From the human T2T-CHM13v2.0 reference genome, Homo sapiens: a DNA stretch of 64,000 bases. Under the pieces are notes generated by a model. That model saw only the letters and a program-made list of their open reading frames with translations. It was not told where the DNA came from and made no database searches. Where the stretch lies: the NCBI RefSeq assembly GCF_009914755.1, contig NC_060934.1; one strand, 5' to 3'. Shown in pieces: positions 1 through 13,848 of this stretch. Positions within the stretch are counted from its first letter, which is position 1. The number at the start of each line of letters is the position of its first letter. The position numbers and the translations under genes are program-made.

Positions 1-308
1 ACAGATTAGGGTGGGATGGCCAGCCTCTTTGTGTACTATGTAAATGGCACACCTGGTCTGACCAGTCTTCTGGGCCCTATGTAAATCAGACACCGCCTCC
101 CCAAGCTTGTCTATAAAACTCTGTGCATTTTGCCACAGATGAGACGACCCACTTGGAAGACCCTCTCTCTCTGCAGGAAGAGAGTTTTTCTCTTTCTCTC
201 TATTAAACCTCTTCTCTTAAGCTCACTTGTTATGTGTCCACATCCTTGATTTCCTTGGCATGAGATGACGAATCTTGGGTATTTACCCCAGACAACGTTG
301 CTGCTACA
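1..308 (+). mobile_element. ERV1 LTR 3' part (MER50-like), apparently nested in the adjacent MER4-group LTR
   Basis: TATA-like CTATAAAA, ATTAAA poly(A) signal, end ...ccccagacaacgttgctgctaCA. Confidence 0.6.
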
Positions 309-1040
309 ATGGGAAGGGACAGGTTCCACTGGCCTCATTTCACCCTCCTCCCTTAAGAGTTGACATACAACCGACCAGTGTTAACATTAAAACAGGGATC
401 TTAAGACTGACAAAGCAGAGTCTTTGTAGCAGTAAGATACCAAAGTGATTCCAGTAGAGTACCACATGACAGATAACAGGCCCTGAACGAAATTATTTTA
501 CCCCAAAATATATTTCTTTGACATATTCCAAAATGGCCCTACAAAGCTCTCTCTCATGGGGGAAACTTGTGTTCCATTGAGAATCTCCTTCCCTTACTAG
601 AGTCTGATACATTTTAGGGTCCAAGAAGACATTCACCATCCATTCTCTCTGACGCCTGCTACCTGGAGGCTTCATCTACGTGACAAGAACCTTGGCTTCC
701 ACAACCCCCTTCTCTAAACACAAGCGTTTTTTAATGCTGAATTCAATTCTTCAGGCAGAGCTTAACTCTTTCAACCAACTGCCAATCAGGAAATGTTTGA
801 ATCTGCCTCTGACCTGGAAGCCCCTGCTTTGAGATGTCCTGCTTTCCTGGGCCGAATCAATGTATTCATTTCATCTATTGATTTATGTCTTTGCCTGCAA
901 TGTCTGTCTCCTTAAAATGTATAAACCAAGCTGTAAACCACCCACTTTGGGCACATGTTCTCAAGACTTCCTGGGGCCATATAATGGGCCATGGTTCTTA
1001 ACTTAGGCAAAATAAACCTATAAATTGATTGAAACCTGTC
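309..1040 (+). mobile_element. MER4-group ERV1 LTR
   Basis: MER4-type blocks (ttaccccaaaatatatttctttgacata; aaataaa...ttgattgaaacctgtctcaga). Confidence 0.7.
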
Positions 1041-2691
1041 TCAGACACTTTCCAGTTTAGAAATATAATACAGACTCATAACTTTTCCTACCTATGTTTA
1101 CTAGTAAAATAAGCTCATGTTACCTCTGTAGTACAAAATTTGTTAGCAAGAAAAATAACTTAAGGTGACGGATACTTAATGTCTCATTGTCATGAGCAAT
1201 CCAAGTATAATTGTTAAGAACAATGAATTAGATGTAGGAAAAATATTCCCATGGGAAAGGGGTCTTCCCTATACTAGAAGGTTTTAATATTCTTACCAAG
1301 GATGGAAGTTCAGGCTGAGGAAAATGTGTACAAACAACAATTTCATTCTCAGGCCTAGCCAAAAATTCTAATAAGGATAGAGATACAACTTTCCCTCCCC
1401 TATAGCTTTTTATTAGAGACTAAAGATAGCTGAATCTGTTAGTAAACATGTTCTGTGTCGCAATGAAAAAAATTATTCTATGAGGAAGCACATGCTTCTA
1501 GAAATTACGATTCATAAATTTGTCAATCTACAGACAGCTGGTGTAATAGGGTTCACAACTGCTTGCTTCCTTTCACTGGAAATTAAGATGATTTAGTATA
1601 TAACTAAAATTACCAGAAATAATACGGGAAACAACTCTATATGCAAGCATACAAAATAAGTAAGATGAATTTTCAGAAAATCTATAAGGTAGGAGAATGT
1701 GTTTTGTTAAAGGCAAAAAGAGAATAATTTTTGTCCTAAAATAGAATGGCATTGTTCCACAGTGAGAAAAAAAGTATAGGGAAAAAAAAAACCCCGAATG
1801 GATATAAGAAAACTGTAGGATGCTTGTAAAAGTAGAATCATGGGAAAGGAATTATATGTGTGATCAAATTCCTAATATTTGCTAATATTTGAAGGGAATT
1901 AAGTTGCTTTTAAATTCTAACATTAATATCAAAAGTACGCTGATACAAAACTAGAATGTGGTCCTCTGTGTTAAAACAGCAAGGTTTTCTTGGAGTTCTA
2001 GTCTGCTCTTAATAAGATAGGGTAAAAGGTTTTTCTTTACCTTTTAAGTAATTGGTCTAGGAAATAAAGACTGTTTTATCAAGATAATTTCCCGTGCTTC
2101 ATGTTGTCTTTGCTCTTCGATTAAAAAAATGGAATCATTTCTAGTAAAAAGAACTAAGGTTTTTCTATAACTATGTTCAAGTTATTTAAGATAACAAGGT
2201 TGCCTTTGACTATCTGTTGGCTGAATGGGGTGCAGTGTGTGTGTGATAGCTAACACCTTCTGCTGCACTTAGATAACAAACAGGCAACTTGGTTAAAACA
2301 AGTAGATTCTTCTGCCTAATTCTTTGGTTTAGTTGGTTGTAATTGGTTTGGTTCATGGGTGCATTGGTTAAGGAGCATATTTCAGTCTGTTAGTACTATC
2401 CTCCTGATACGTCATCATAGTAGTATCTCTAGGGCACTGTATTCTCTCAAGAGTCTTAAATGCGGCCACCCATTCTGCCCCAAATGGCCTCACTCCATTT
2501 ATAGCAGCAAAACCACAAAGGGAACATAACAAGTCATTCAACAGACTTGATGTCATGGCTTGTGAATTCCATACTGAAACCAAACATGTCCACTATGATA
2601 GTGACTGACAGGCAATAGCATCAGTGTCTAAGGCTGCGTCAATGTCTGAGCATCAGTGTCAATCTTGAGAGGCTGACCAAAAAGGGGAAAT
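1041..2691 (+). mobile_element. ERV1 internal sequence (MER57/MER4-group), ending in a polypurine tract
   Basis: AT-rich internal sequence with env remnant, then PPT AAAAAGGGGAAA directly before the LTR TG. Confidence 0.7.
2178..2465 (+). pseudogene. Decayed retroviral env TM subunit (immunosuppressive domain, CX6CC, membrane anchor)
   Basis: Translates QVI*DNKVAFDYLLAEWGAVCV/IANTFCCT*I, then WFGSW..WLRSIFQS and a hydrophobic run; stops and frameshifts. Confidence 0.8.
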
Positions 2692-3056
2692 TGTTCAACT
2701 AGCAGAGGCTGTCTCTGTACTGTGAGTTTCTACATAACAAACTGCACCTTAATTTATTAGTATGTAAACAAACTGAAAACTAACTAACTTAGGAGTATTT
2801 TTTTTTGGTAACAAATAGCCAGGTCTCAGCAAATCCTAGGCAGCCAACTGATCCGATCATGCCCAATAAGACAAATGCCCAACTGTGGCTAATCAGGTCA
2901 TTTCTCTACTTTGCTTCCTGTTCGGCCTAGAGCAGCTCATGGTTCACACTACTAAGCAGAGCTCTCTGAACCTATTCTGGTTCTGAGTGGTGCCCGATTC
3001 ATGAACTGTTCTTTGCTCACATTCTGTTAAATTTAATTTATCTACAGTTTTTCACA
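2692..3056 (+). mobile_element. 3' LTR, MER57-like
   Basis: TG...CA termini after the PPT; end tgcccgattcatgaactgttctttgctca...ctgttaaatttaattt matches MER57-type LTRs. Confidence 0.7.
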
Positions 3057-3507
3057 GGTATTGTATTTCACCATGCCCTAAGACTCAAAAACTCCATTTG
3101 CTATTGTAGCAGGAAAAGGTGTTCTTTCTTCATTCTGTCTTCTGCCTTTTCCCTCCTTTAATCAACATGCATTTTCCCTCCTATTTGGGAATTATTACCT
3201 TATTTGGTAATCATCTCATCCTGTACTACCTCAAAATTATACTTTCCTAAAGATCCTGTCACTACATTCAGCCCCCTCCGCCACTAGCATAAGGGAGGAT
3301 GGAAGTCAAGAAGAAATAGAAAACCGAACGGAAAAGCAAAAGACAGAGGCCAGCTCTCTTATTGCTGGTTTTCCTTTTTTGTTTCTATCTCCACAGTTTA
3401 TTTTCGGTCAAAAATTCTGCCACCCACAGCTCTGTCTCCTTAGTTTTTTGGAGTGCCTGATGTAGTTTCAAAGTAATGTAACATTCCCATTCTCATCTTT
3501 TGCTCAC

Positions 3508-3839
<332 letters not shown>

Positions 3840-4189
3840 TGAGCTTCCACCATGTGCCAGAGTGTTGGGTGCTAAAAATACATGAGGCACTGATAAAATG
3901 GCCTGTGACTTTATCACCTCAGCTACAGGCCACCCTATATGGTGTTTTATATTTTCAAGTAGATTATACACTCCCTGTGGACGGGAATCTAGATCTTCTA
4001 ATTATTTTGAGCCAGGCAACAGGAGCTGGACAAACAGGAGATACTCAGTACCTGACTGAGTAGAATACATTGCTAAGAGTTGGGCTTAGCAGTAACTAAT
4101 AAATTGATAATTAAGTGCCTCTTGTATGAAGAGATGAGTTAGAGGAGAGCAGTGGATTGACTTCCTTTAAGTCCTTACCAACGGGTCAG

Positions 4190-4375
4190 GTATTGTGCTA
4201 AGCACGGCCTCCTGACAATCCTGTGGTGTGCCTGCTCTTATTAGCATTGTCCCTCAGCTCATAGATGGGAGAAACAGAGGCTCAGAAGACAGACCCAAGA
4301 TGTCTCACCTATTAAGTGAAATTGGAAGACCCAAGCTTTGAACACATGCAGCCTGACTCCAGAGCCCAGCTCTTG
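4190..4375 (-). mobile_element. MIR
   Basis: MIR core agatgggagaaacagaggctcaga...tgactccagagccc. Confidence 0.65.
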
Positions 4376-4380
4376 GTCGG

Positions 4381-4721
4381 TGATACAGTTTGACTCTGTG
4401 TCCCCACCCAAATCTCACCTTGAATTGTAATAATCCCCATGGGTTGTGGCAGGTAACTGAATCATGGGGTCAGGTTTTTTCCATGCTGTTCTCATTATAT
4501 AAGTCCCACGAGATCTGATGGTTTTATAAAGGGCAGTTCCCCTGCACACACTCTCTTGCCTGCCACCACATAAGATGTGCCTTTGCTCTTCCTTCGCCTT
4601 CCACCATAATTGTGAGGCCTCCCCAGCCACATGGAACTGTGAGTCCATTAAACCTCTTTCCTTCATAAATTACCCAGTTTTAGGTATGTCTTTATTAGCA
4701 GCATGAGAACAGACTAATACA
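4381..4721 (+). mobile_element. THE1 (THE1C-like) MaLR solo LTR
   Basis: tgatacagtttgactctgtgtccccacccaaatctc...agactaataca. Confidence 0.9.
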
Positions 4722-4831
4722 GCCCATATACTAAACTGACTCAGGATATGGAGGAGACCAGGGCCTCTCTCTCAGGCATGTGTGATATCATGGTGAAGAG
4801 TTTGATGTGGCTAAAGGCAGGCAGACAATTG

Positions 4832-4854
4832 CACACACACACACACACACACAC
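4832..4854. repeat. (CA)n microsatellite
   Basis: Direct observation. Confidence 0.9.
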
Positions 4855-5083
4855 GGGAGGGGCCACCTTCAGCTCCAGAACCCCGTGTGTTTTCTCTACC
4901 TTTGGGACTTTTCCTAGAGTTGAAAAAGTGTATCTCTTTCTTCAACTCTAATGTGAGAGTCATTGTCAAATAGAGTTTGCCCTTCTTTAGACCACTGGTC
5001 CAACACCTTAAATTACTAGAAGCGCTAAATTTGGTGACCAACTGAAGACGAAAAGGGGTAAAAATTTAAGTCCTCATTTTTAA

Positions 5084-5364
<281 letters not shown>

Positions 5365-5494
5365 AGGCAATTCTTTTATATCTCATGACATTATGGGGAT
5401 ACCTACATAATGTCCTCAGTAGCTGGGCCATGAGTGAACTGCAACATCACAATTTTGGGGGCTCCTGGGAGCAAACACTGCTGGTTAGCTAAAT

Positions 5495-5970
5495 AGCAGA
5501 AGAGCCAGACACAACTGCCAGTGTTCCCCTTGTTTCCTCCTTAGTAAAAGCTGCTAAGAGAACTCTGTAACTGGGCACATGGCTGCCGGGAATAAAGACC
5601 ACATATCCCAGCCTGCCTTGAACCGGGTGTGGCCACATGAGTAAGTTTTGGCTATGGGATATAAGCAGAAGTGGTGTGCACAGCTTCAGTGAAGTGCTTC
5701 ATAAAGGGAAAAAGCATGTCCTTCTCTTACTCTTTTTTCCTTCCTGTTGGCTGGAATGCAGACGTGATATGGCTGGAGCTGCCATCTTGGACCAGGAGTT
5801 GAACTTAGCCACGGAGGCCATGCTCAGTGGAGCCACCCGATGGAGGGATCTGACACTGTGGAGTTCCATTCCAGCCTGGACTTCACACAAGAGAAATAAA
5901 CATCTACCTGAGCCAGTATTACTAGGGTTTTCCAATACTGAAGCTGAGCTGAATCCTAAAGAATACACAC
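5495..5970 (+). mobile_element. MLT1 (MLT1J-like) MaLR LTR
   Basis: ggctggaatgcagacgtgatatggctggagctgccatcttggacca; agagaaataaacatcta. Confidence 0.65.
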
Positions 5971-7464
5971 TACTTTCCCCAACAAGATACATAACTGCCT
6001 TGCTTGCTGAGAAAAAAATTATAATCGCAGGTTCACTTTCCTAAATCAATGTAAGTAATAGCCTGGCCTGGCTCTTTTCAGGAGATCCTATCAGATCCTG
6101 AAGCAAAAGACTATTCCAGTCTTAATACCAGTATATCTGGGTTTTCTGCCCAGAGGAAAGTGCAATCATGACTTCTAAGGAAGCAAATGGTAATGGGTGC
6201 AGAGACTGTCAAGAAATTAGGTGGTGAAATCAGGCTGAGGTCATCTCATCTAATGTATATTTGGTGACCGTGTAGACCCAGAGATACACACTTCAAAGCA
6301 GCCATGTGGTATCCATATCTGTGTGCCTACTTTGGGTTCACACACCTGTGTTCTCTCCTAGTTGGTGCCACCTGTCACATCCAAGCCCATCATCACCTCC
6401 TGTGCTCATCTCTGCTGTCTCTTCTCCATGCCTTCACTCTGGCCATGCCCCCAGCCTCCCATTCCCTTTCCTGCATCTACTGTTCTCTCTCCTTGTAAAA
6501 GCTTTCCTTGCCCAATCCAGACCACATGGGTCCTTTTCTTGTCCCATCTCCTATAGAAGCTGTTACCAGTGCCCTGACTAACCCAAGGCCTTCCTCTGCC
6601 TGCTGGAGCTTAATAATTATTGAATGCATGAATAACTACACATGACAAATAAGGCCTCAGGTGTAAGAGTTCAAGCTAACAGGAAATGCTCTCCAAAGCA
6701 CCCTCCGGAAAGCAGTTTTAAGAGAAAGAGATTCAACCTAAATGGTCAGGAGGATGCTCTTCCCAGGGGTTTGTTTCAATTAAAAATACAGGCATCTGCT
6801 GGGATTAAAAAGCAACAATCTAAAGAATTCATCCACCACCCCATCAGATTCTAGCCATTAAGACTGAGATCAGTTCAGATGCAAAGAGCAGAACGAGGCA
6901 AATTGTTCTCTACTGAAACAACATGAAATGCTTTCATACTTTGGGGTTGGTGACCCTAAAAACCTTGCACTTGGTTATCATTTTTTTCTCCTTATCCTGG
7001 ACTTTGACTTCCTCTCCTGTATACTGTTAGAACACAGAAGGCAAATGCAAACATTTCTAAAGTTCCTGACTCCTCGCCCATGTCAGAAACCCTTAGAAGC
7101 ACCCACATACCACACAAGCTCAGACCTGTGGGCTTCTCTAGAGAAAGGCGTCATGACACAATCACATATTCAGCACTGACAGACTCTGTGAGGAAGATAT
7201 GGGGGGCTTGGGGGTGGCTGCTCCCCCACCACACCTGACTCCATTTAATGCCCAACTGGAGTAATCATGACAGGTCAGCCTAGGTCACCTTGAGAGGGGC
7301 TGAGTCTGCAGTAGGGTGCGTCTGTCTGGCCTTCCTCGATAACACGAAGGTTGAGCTTTCTCTGGCTCACTCTGCACAGTAGCTTGGGTTAGAAAAGGCC
7401 AAGCAGGAGCTGAGGCAATCAATCAGAAAGTATTCAGTGAGCACTGTGAGAAATAAAAAGTTTA

Positions 7465-7723
7465 GGCCAAGCACAGTGGCTCATGCCTGTAATTCAAGCA
7501 CTTTGGAAGGAATACTTGAGTCCAGGACTTCAAGACCAACCTGGGAAACATAGTGAGACTCTCATCTCTACAAAAATAATTTTTTTTAATTAGCTGGACA
7601 TGGTGGTGTGCACCTGTAGTCCCAGGTACTCGGGAGGCTGAAGCAGTAGGCCAAGCTAGAGAGAGCTGTGATTGCACCACTGCACTCCAGCCTGGGTGAC
7701 AAAGTGAGACTGTCTCAAAAAAA
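7465..7723 (+). mobile_element. AluJ with internal deletions
   Basis: AluJ-type aacatagtgagac; TSD aaaaagttta. Confidence 0.85.
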
Positions 7724-7897
7724 AGTTTAAAACCCATTTAAGGAATGTTTGACCTAATGCGATGGCTCCTAATCTACAGGGCATGATCCATTAGCAGTGG
7801 GCTGTGAAATCCATCCGGGGGTCTCTACCAGCATCTGTAAATAAAGCAGGGTGGACAGGAAGTATCAGGCATCATTTATGCAGTTTTGTGACACTCT

Positions 7898-8202
<305 letters not shown>

Positions 8203-9400
8203 GTTCTTTGTGTGGGCTACAGCCCAGAGCACATGGAAGCCACTGATTTCATACACAGTGGAGAGGGATCGCTGGTGTTTTTGTAAGAACTCCTCTTTTT
8301 ATGTCTCTTGTGCATTCACCTTCCAAGAAACTCAGTCCCTGTCTGTACCATGTCTAGTACAACCTTCTGGTATCTTCACCATAGGCCACGAGTATACCCT
8401 TTGGACAGATAAGGAAATAAAGGTACAGAATAGAAATGACTTCTAGCCACTTCTAGCCGCCTAGAGAACATAGCCAAACTGATCGTGCCCAAATCAGGTG
8501 AGACCAAGAAACAGGCTCATGTGGTTCTCCCCAGACCATGAACATATTATCTAGCAGGCACCAGATAGAATGTGACCTCAGGAGGGAGAAGGTTTTGTTG
8601 GTTCACTGCTCCATCCTCAGTTCTTAGGATAGTTCCTGGCACAAAGTAGGCCCTCAATAAATATTAGCTCAGCAAATCATTATGACTTGATGATAGAATG
8701 AATTAGGACAATCCCCAAACTCAAAAATAATCTTTTACGGTCATGGACCATGTATTGAACCCAACAAAGAAATCATGTTTCATTGAGGTGCAAATGAATA
8801 TACTCAGGTAGACTGAGAGAACAAAACAGAACCCAGAATGTATTTCTCTCCAGCTTGAAATGTTTTGATGGCATTCCATCATCTAGAATAACTCCCAGAC
8901 TAGCCCATGATGTGTCTTCACAGCCGAGTTCCCCTCTTACTTTCCAGTGGCAACTTCCTCCTCCTTGCCCCATTTTGAACTTCATCCTTTGGCATTGATG
9001 AACGAATCCGAATTCTCCAGGTGCATGTGGCTATTTTATGACTTGGTGACACTGCAAATTCAGTGTTCTCTGCCTGAGATTCCAGTCATTTTGGGAGCCC
9101 AGCAATTTATCACCATCCTCCTTCAAGCCCCAGGCCAGGTGTGACCTCAAAGCCTTCCCTCACCACATGCCCTTAACCTCAACCTCTGCTGAGTAAATGA
9201 AGTTCTCATCCAGGTTACCACTGTACCATGTGCACATCCATGGTTTTATTTCTATCATCCTCTTGCAGTTCATCTGGTTAGATGTTTTACTCTGCTTTCC
9301 TTCAGATTTTGAGCTTCTTGAGGGCTACAGTTGATCTTATTCAAAGAATATCAAAGGAAGGAAGGAAGGGAGGGGTAATCCACACAGTCCTGTTGGACCC

Positions 9401-9753
9401 CGTATTAGGCCGTTTTCACACTGCTGATAAAGACGTACCCGAGACTGGGTAATTTATACAGGAAAAAAAAAGTTTAATGGACTTACAGTTCCACACAGCT
9501 GGGGAGGCCTCACAATCATGGTAGAAGGCAAGGAGGAGCAAGTCACATCTTACAAGGATGGCAGCAGGCAAAGAGCTTGTGCAGGGAAACTCCCATTTTT
9601 AAAACTATCAGATCTCATGAGACTTATTCACTGTCATGAAAACAGCACGGGAAAGACCTGACCCCGTGATTCAATCACCTCCCACCAGGTCCCTCTCACA
9701 ACACACGGGAATTCAAGATAAGATTTGGGTGGGGACACAGCCAAACCCTATCA
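9401..9753 (-). mobile_element. THE1B MaLR solo LTR
   Basis: Reverse THE1 consensus; 5-bp TSD GACCC at 9396-9400 and 9754-9758. Confidence 0.9.
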
Positions 9754-10211
9754 GACCCCCTCCCGCTCCACTAGCTCATGTCTTTATATCCCCAATACTA
9801 CATCTGTAGGGATATACTGAGGAAATTAAACAAGATTAAAATACAGAGAGAATACAGGTACGATTAGAAGCAAAAGGAAAACAGAAGATCTGTGGTTGAT
9901 TGTGTTTGAACAGGCATGCCACGGAGAAGTTATTAGCCTACTGCTCAGACACACACTGTTTAAACATGGGCAGAGTTTTCTCTGCTGTGAGTCTTACTGC
10001 TGCCTTGCTGGGGGACCACGAGCTGGGAGGACAGCTTGCTCAGCTCTACCCTGTGGAGCTGTGACTTCAGAAGAGCCACAGGGGGCCTCGAGGCACTCGG
10101 CCCCAGGCAATGCTCAGAAGCCTTGATCACAGAAGAAAAAAAACCTTTTGTGTAGGGAGAAGAAGAGAACAACATAAGTCTTTGGAAGCTAGACTTCCAA
10201 AGTGTCTAGAA

Positions 10212-10550
10212 CAGGCACTGGCAAACTTTTTCAGTAAAGGCCGGATAATAAATATTTCAACTTTGTGGGCCATCCCATTTCTGTTGCAACTACTCAACCA
10301 TGACTCTGTAGCACAAAGGCAGCCACTGACAAGGACAATTGGTAAACAACTGAGCATGGCTGTGATCCAAAAACACCTTATTTACAGCCATCAATTTGAA
10401 TTTCATACATTTTAATGCACAAAATATTCATTTTAACTACTAAAAAATTTTAAAAAGCACACTTAACTCAGAGGCCACACAAAAACAGGTACCAGGCCAG
10501 ATTTAACTAGTTGATCAGATGTAGCTACAGGCTATAGTCTACTGGCCTCT
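10212..10550 (+). mobile_element. MER58 (hAT-Charlie) DNA transposon
   Basis: CAGG..ggcaaacttttt..taaaggcc start and ...CTG end, with tctag-type target site. Confidence 0.75.
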
Positions 10551-10769
10551 GATCTAGTGAGGAGAAATTATGCTATGCAATGTCTACAAGTCACTCAGAA
10601 AATCAATACTCTAGTAGTTTACCCAGAATGCCCATTATCTGTCCTATCCCAAATTACTGGCTTGGCTATATTGAATTGAAACAAAGTGTTCATAAAAGAC
10701 ATTCAACTCAAATAGTTTTGATTTGGAATGATCCTGAATTTTCTTTCCATGATGTAGATTATCAAATTA

Positions 10770-11178
10770 CGTCTTTGTCCATTTGTGTTGGTATAAAGGA
10801 ACATCTGATGCTGGGTAACTCATAAAGAAAAGAGGTTTATTTGGCTCACAATTCTGCAGGCTGTACAAGAAGCATGGCGCCAGCATCTACTTCTGGTAGG
10901 GGCTCAGGAAGCTTCCACTCATGGTGGAAGGTGAAGGGAAGCTGGCATCACATGGTGAGAGAGAAACCAAGAGAGAAGGGAGGCACCAGGCTCTTTTTAA
11001 TAACCAGCTTTCATAGGAACTTACAGAGTGAAAACTCATTCATTCCCACGGAGATGGCACCAAGCCATTGACAAGGGATCCACCCCCATGACCCAAACAC
11101 CTTCCATTAGGCGGCACCTCCAACGTCGGGGATCAAATTTCAACATGGAATTTGGAGGGGACAAACCAAACTATGGCA
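10770..11178 (-). mobile_element. MSTB-type MaLR solo LTR
   Basis: ataaagaaaagaggtttatttggctcacaattctgcaggctgtacaagaagcatgg. Confidence 0.85.
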
Positions 11179-11926
11179 AATGGGATATAACACATATTTT
11201 ATAAAATATGAGCCCAGTTATAATCCAATGATTCAAAATGACTTATCCTTGAAAACATAAGGGACTCAGACAGTCATGATAGTTGTGAAACCCATAGGAC
11301 TGCCATAATAGCCTTGCAAATACCCATCACCATCTGCCTGTCCATTTTTAGAATGTGTACTGTCCCACCTAGACATTACCAGTTGTCATTCACAGCCTAG
11401 CACTTCACACAATCATCACACACCACCCACAAGAACAAACTGTTCAAGTTTTTGTCATGAATAATCATTTATTTTTAAAATGCTTAGAACAATCCTATTG
11501 TTCAGATGTGTCTGGCATTTAGATTCCTTGGTATACCCAGTGAAGTGATGAATCACACAAAATTGTTTACTTCCATTTCCTTAAAGAAGTAAAGATCCCT
11601 TTAAATAGCAAGCTCTCCTAAGGTAAATGAAACAATGTAATTAACTTTTCAAGGACATATCTAACTTGGGCAACCTGTAGTCTTTTGCTTAAGAAGACTC
11701 TACTACTCACTCCCCAATTAGGATTCCACTCCTGATCCTACTCCAACACTTTAGAGTCTCATTCCTGTGTGAAAATACAGCCTTTCTTAGGCAAATTCAA
11801 GTCATTTCCAGGCCTGCCCACAGTTATTATGGGGCAAGGTGTTGGGATAGAGGAGAGGGAGGCAAATTCCAACTCAGACCCAGGGATCATCTAGTTTGTA
11901 GCCAAACCCAGGTTCAGTAACTTCAT

Positions 11927-12515
11927 ATTTTTTTTTCTTTGAGAGACAGGGTCTTGATCTATCACCCAGGCTGGAGTACACTGGTGAGATCACAGCTCAC
12001 TGCAGCCTCAACCTCCTGTGCTCAGGTGATCCTCCCACCTCAGCCTCCCAAGTGGCTGGTATTATAGGTGTGTGCCACCATGCCCAGCTAATTTTTGTGT
12101 TTGTTTTTTGTTGTTTATTTATTTTATTTTTTGAGACAGAGTCTCACTCTGTCACCCAGGCTGGAGTGCAGTGGTGCGATCTCAGCTCACTGCAACCTCA
12201 GCCTCCCAAGTAACTGGGATTACAAGCATGTGCCACCTGCCTGGCTAATTTTATATTTTTAGTAGAGATGGGTTTCACCATGTTGGCAAGGCTGGCCTCA
12301 AACGCCTGACCTCAAGTGACCTGCCTGCCTCAGCCTCCCAAAGTGCTGGGATTACAGATGTCAGCCACAGTGCCCAGCCCTAAATAATTTTTTAAGAGAT
12401 AAGATCTCACTATGTTGCCCAGGCTGGTCTTGAACTCCTGGGCTCAGGTGATCCTCCCTCCCACCTCGGCCTCCCAAAATGCTGGGATTACAGGCATGAG
12501 CCACAGCGCCCAGCC
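11927..12515 (-). mobile_element. AluJ split by a nested AluS (12105-12379) in its central A-rich linker
   Basis: AluJ right arm, second Alu, then AluJ left arm. Confidence 0.88.
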
Positions 12516-13018
12516 ACTTCACTCTTGTTTCAGTGACTTGTGACCACTGGGTTGCAATCTTGCCAAACCACCAACCCTACCCCAGCCCAAGAAGAAATGA
12601 AAAGTTTCTTATCCCATCATTCTATGTCTTTTCAAAGTAGGCTGGACTGTCCCTGAGGGAGCTAGGCCAATTACACTCTTCAGACCAATCTTCCTCTACC
12701 TAGCATTCCTATGGAGCAGGAAAATGGTCTAGATGAAGGTCAGGGTCCTCTTTCTGTCATGGCTGCCGTGTCCCTGTCAGCACAGAGACCCAGCCATAAA
12801 CCTAATGGCTGCTCCCTGCTCCCTTCTTCCTACCCATGGGACCTCGATTTTGTTCACCCTCCTCATGGTATTGTGCCAAGAGAGGCCTTCCCCATCTCCA
12901 GGGGATGAAGCTTAATGAGTCTAGACTATATGATAATTAGGGAAACTGCATTTCTTTTGCCTGGAGCTTCTGTTGGCTTGGTTTATCCCGGGCAGGTAAT
13001 GTAATCTGGCCAAAAGAA

Positions 13019-13776
13019 TCACAAAGACTCTCTCCTGGACTAAACTTTAGTCAAGCTCCTCTGAGCCCTCTTCTTAGCTAGGTCTCAGCCTTGGCCTAGA
13101 ACAGCTACAACTTTTAGCACAAAGGATGTCACCTCCTCCCTCCACCCACCACCACAAACTCACACACAAGAGACCTGAACACACTCTCCTAGCAGCCTCA
13201 GGTCATGTCCCTGGAATGATCCAATCTCCCTTAAGTTCCAGTCTGAAAAAACTCAAGGCTGCCAACAGAATTTACCATTTGTTCTAGCCAGCAACCCAAT
13301 AGGCACCTGACCTCCCTTTTCACAGAGCATTTTTTGAAACAAAGCTAATTATAAATCCTTTCTCTGTCCCTTATGAGATGTGTATGTACCTTTTGCAATT
13401 CAGGAGTGTCTTTTTCAAAGACCTAAAAACTGTTCCTTTGAAATTAATCATCAGAAAGGACAAGGGCTCTGTCTCTGAGTCTCCACAGAAAGGTGGGAGC
13501 CTAACTTCCAAAGGGTCAGTTAGCAGGCCCAGATGGCCTAAGCACACTGACCAACCCCCCTGGCCACTTTGTGTAACTTTGTCAATTTCCACTTCCTAAC
13601 TAACTCAGGCCCCTGCAGGTTTCCCCTCTTCCTCCTTTTAAGACACCCAGTCACCTCTAAAGGGTTCGGGGCCGAGCTTAGCTCTATACCGAAGCCTCTC
13701 TCCTGCACTGCAGTAATACTGAACGAAATCTATCTTTACCAACCGTAACTCGTGTCTGATTTTGTTTTTCTGTCAC
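13019..13776 (+). mobile_element. ERV1 LTR, MER31/MER67-like
   Basis: Start acaaagactctctcctggactaaactttagtcaagctcctctgagccctctt; end ...tttctgtcaCA. Confidence 0.7.
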
Positions 13777-13848
13777 AGAAACATAAAAGTCTGCTAAAGG
13801 TTGCTAGAATTTTTTCTGATTTAAAACAAAATGAAACAAAGAAAGCCG

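Noticed and set aside
4618-4630. PRDM9 hotspot motif in THE1 LTRs
   Set aside because: The sequence is CCTCCCCAGCCAC, lacking the T of CCTCCCTNNCCAC; the THE1B copy at 9401-9753 is further diverged
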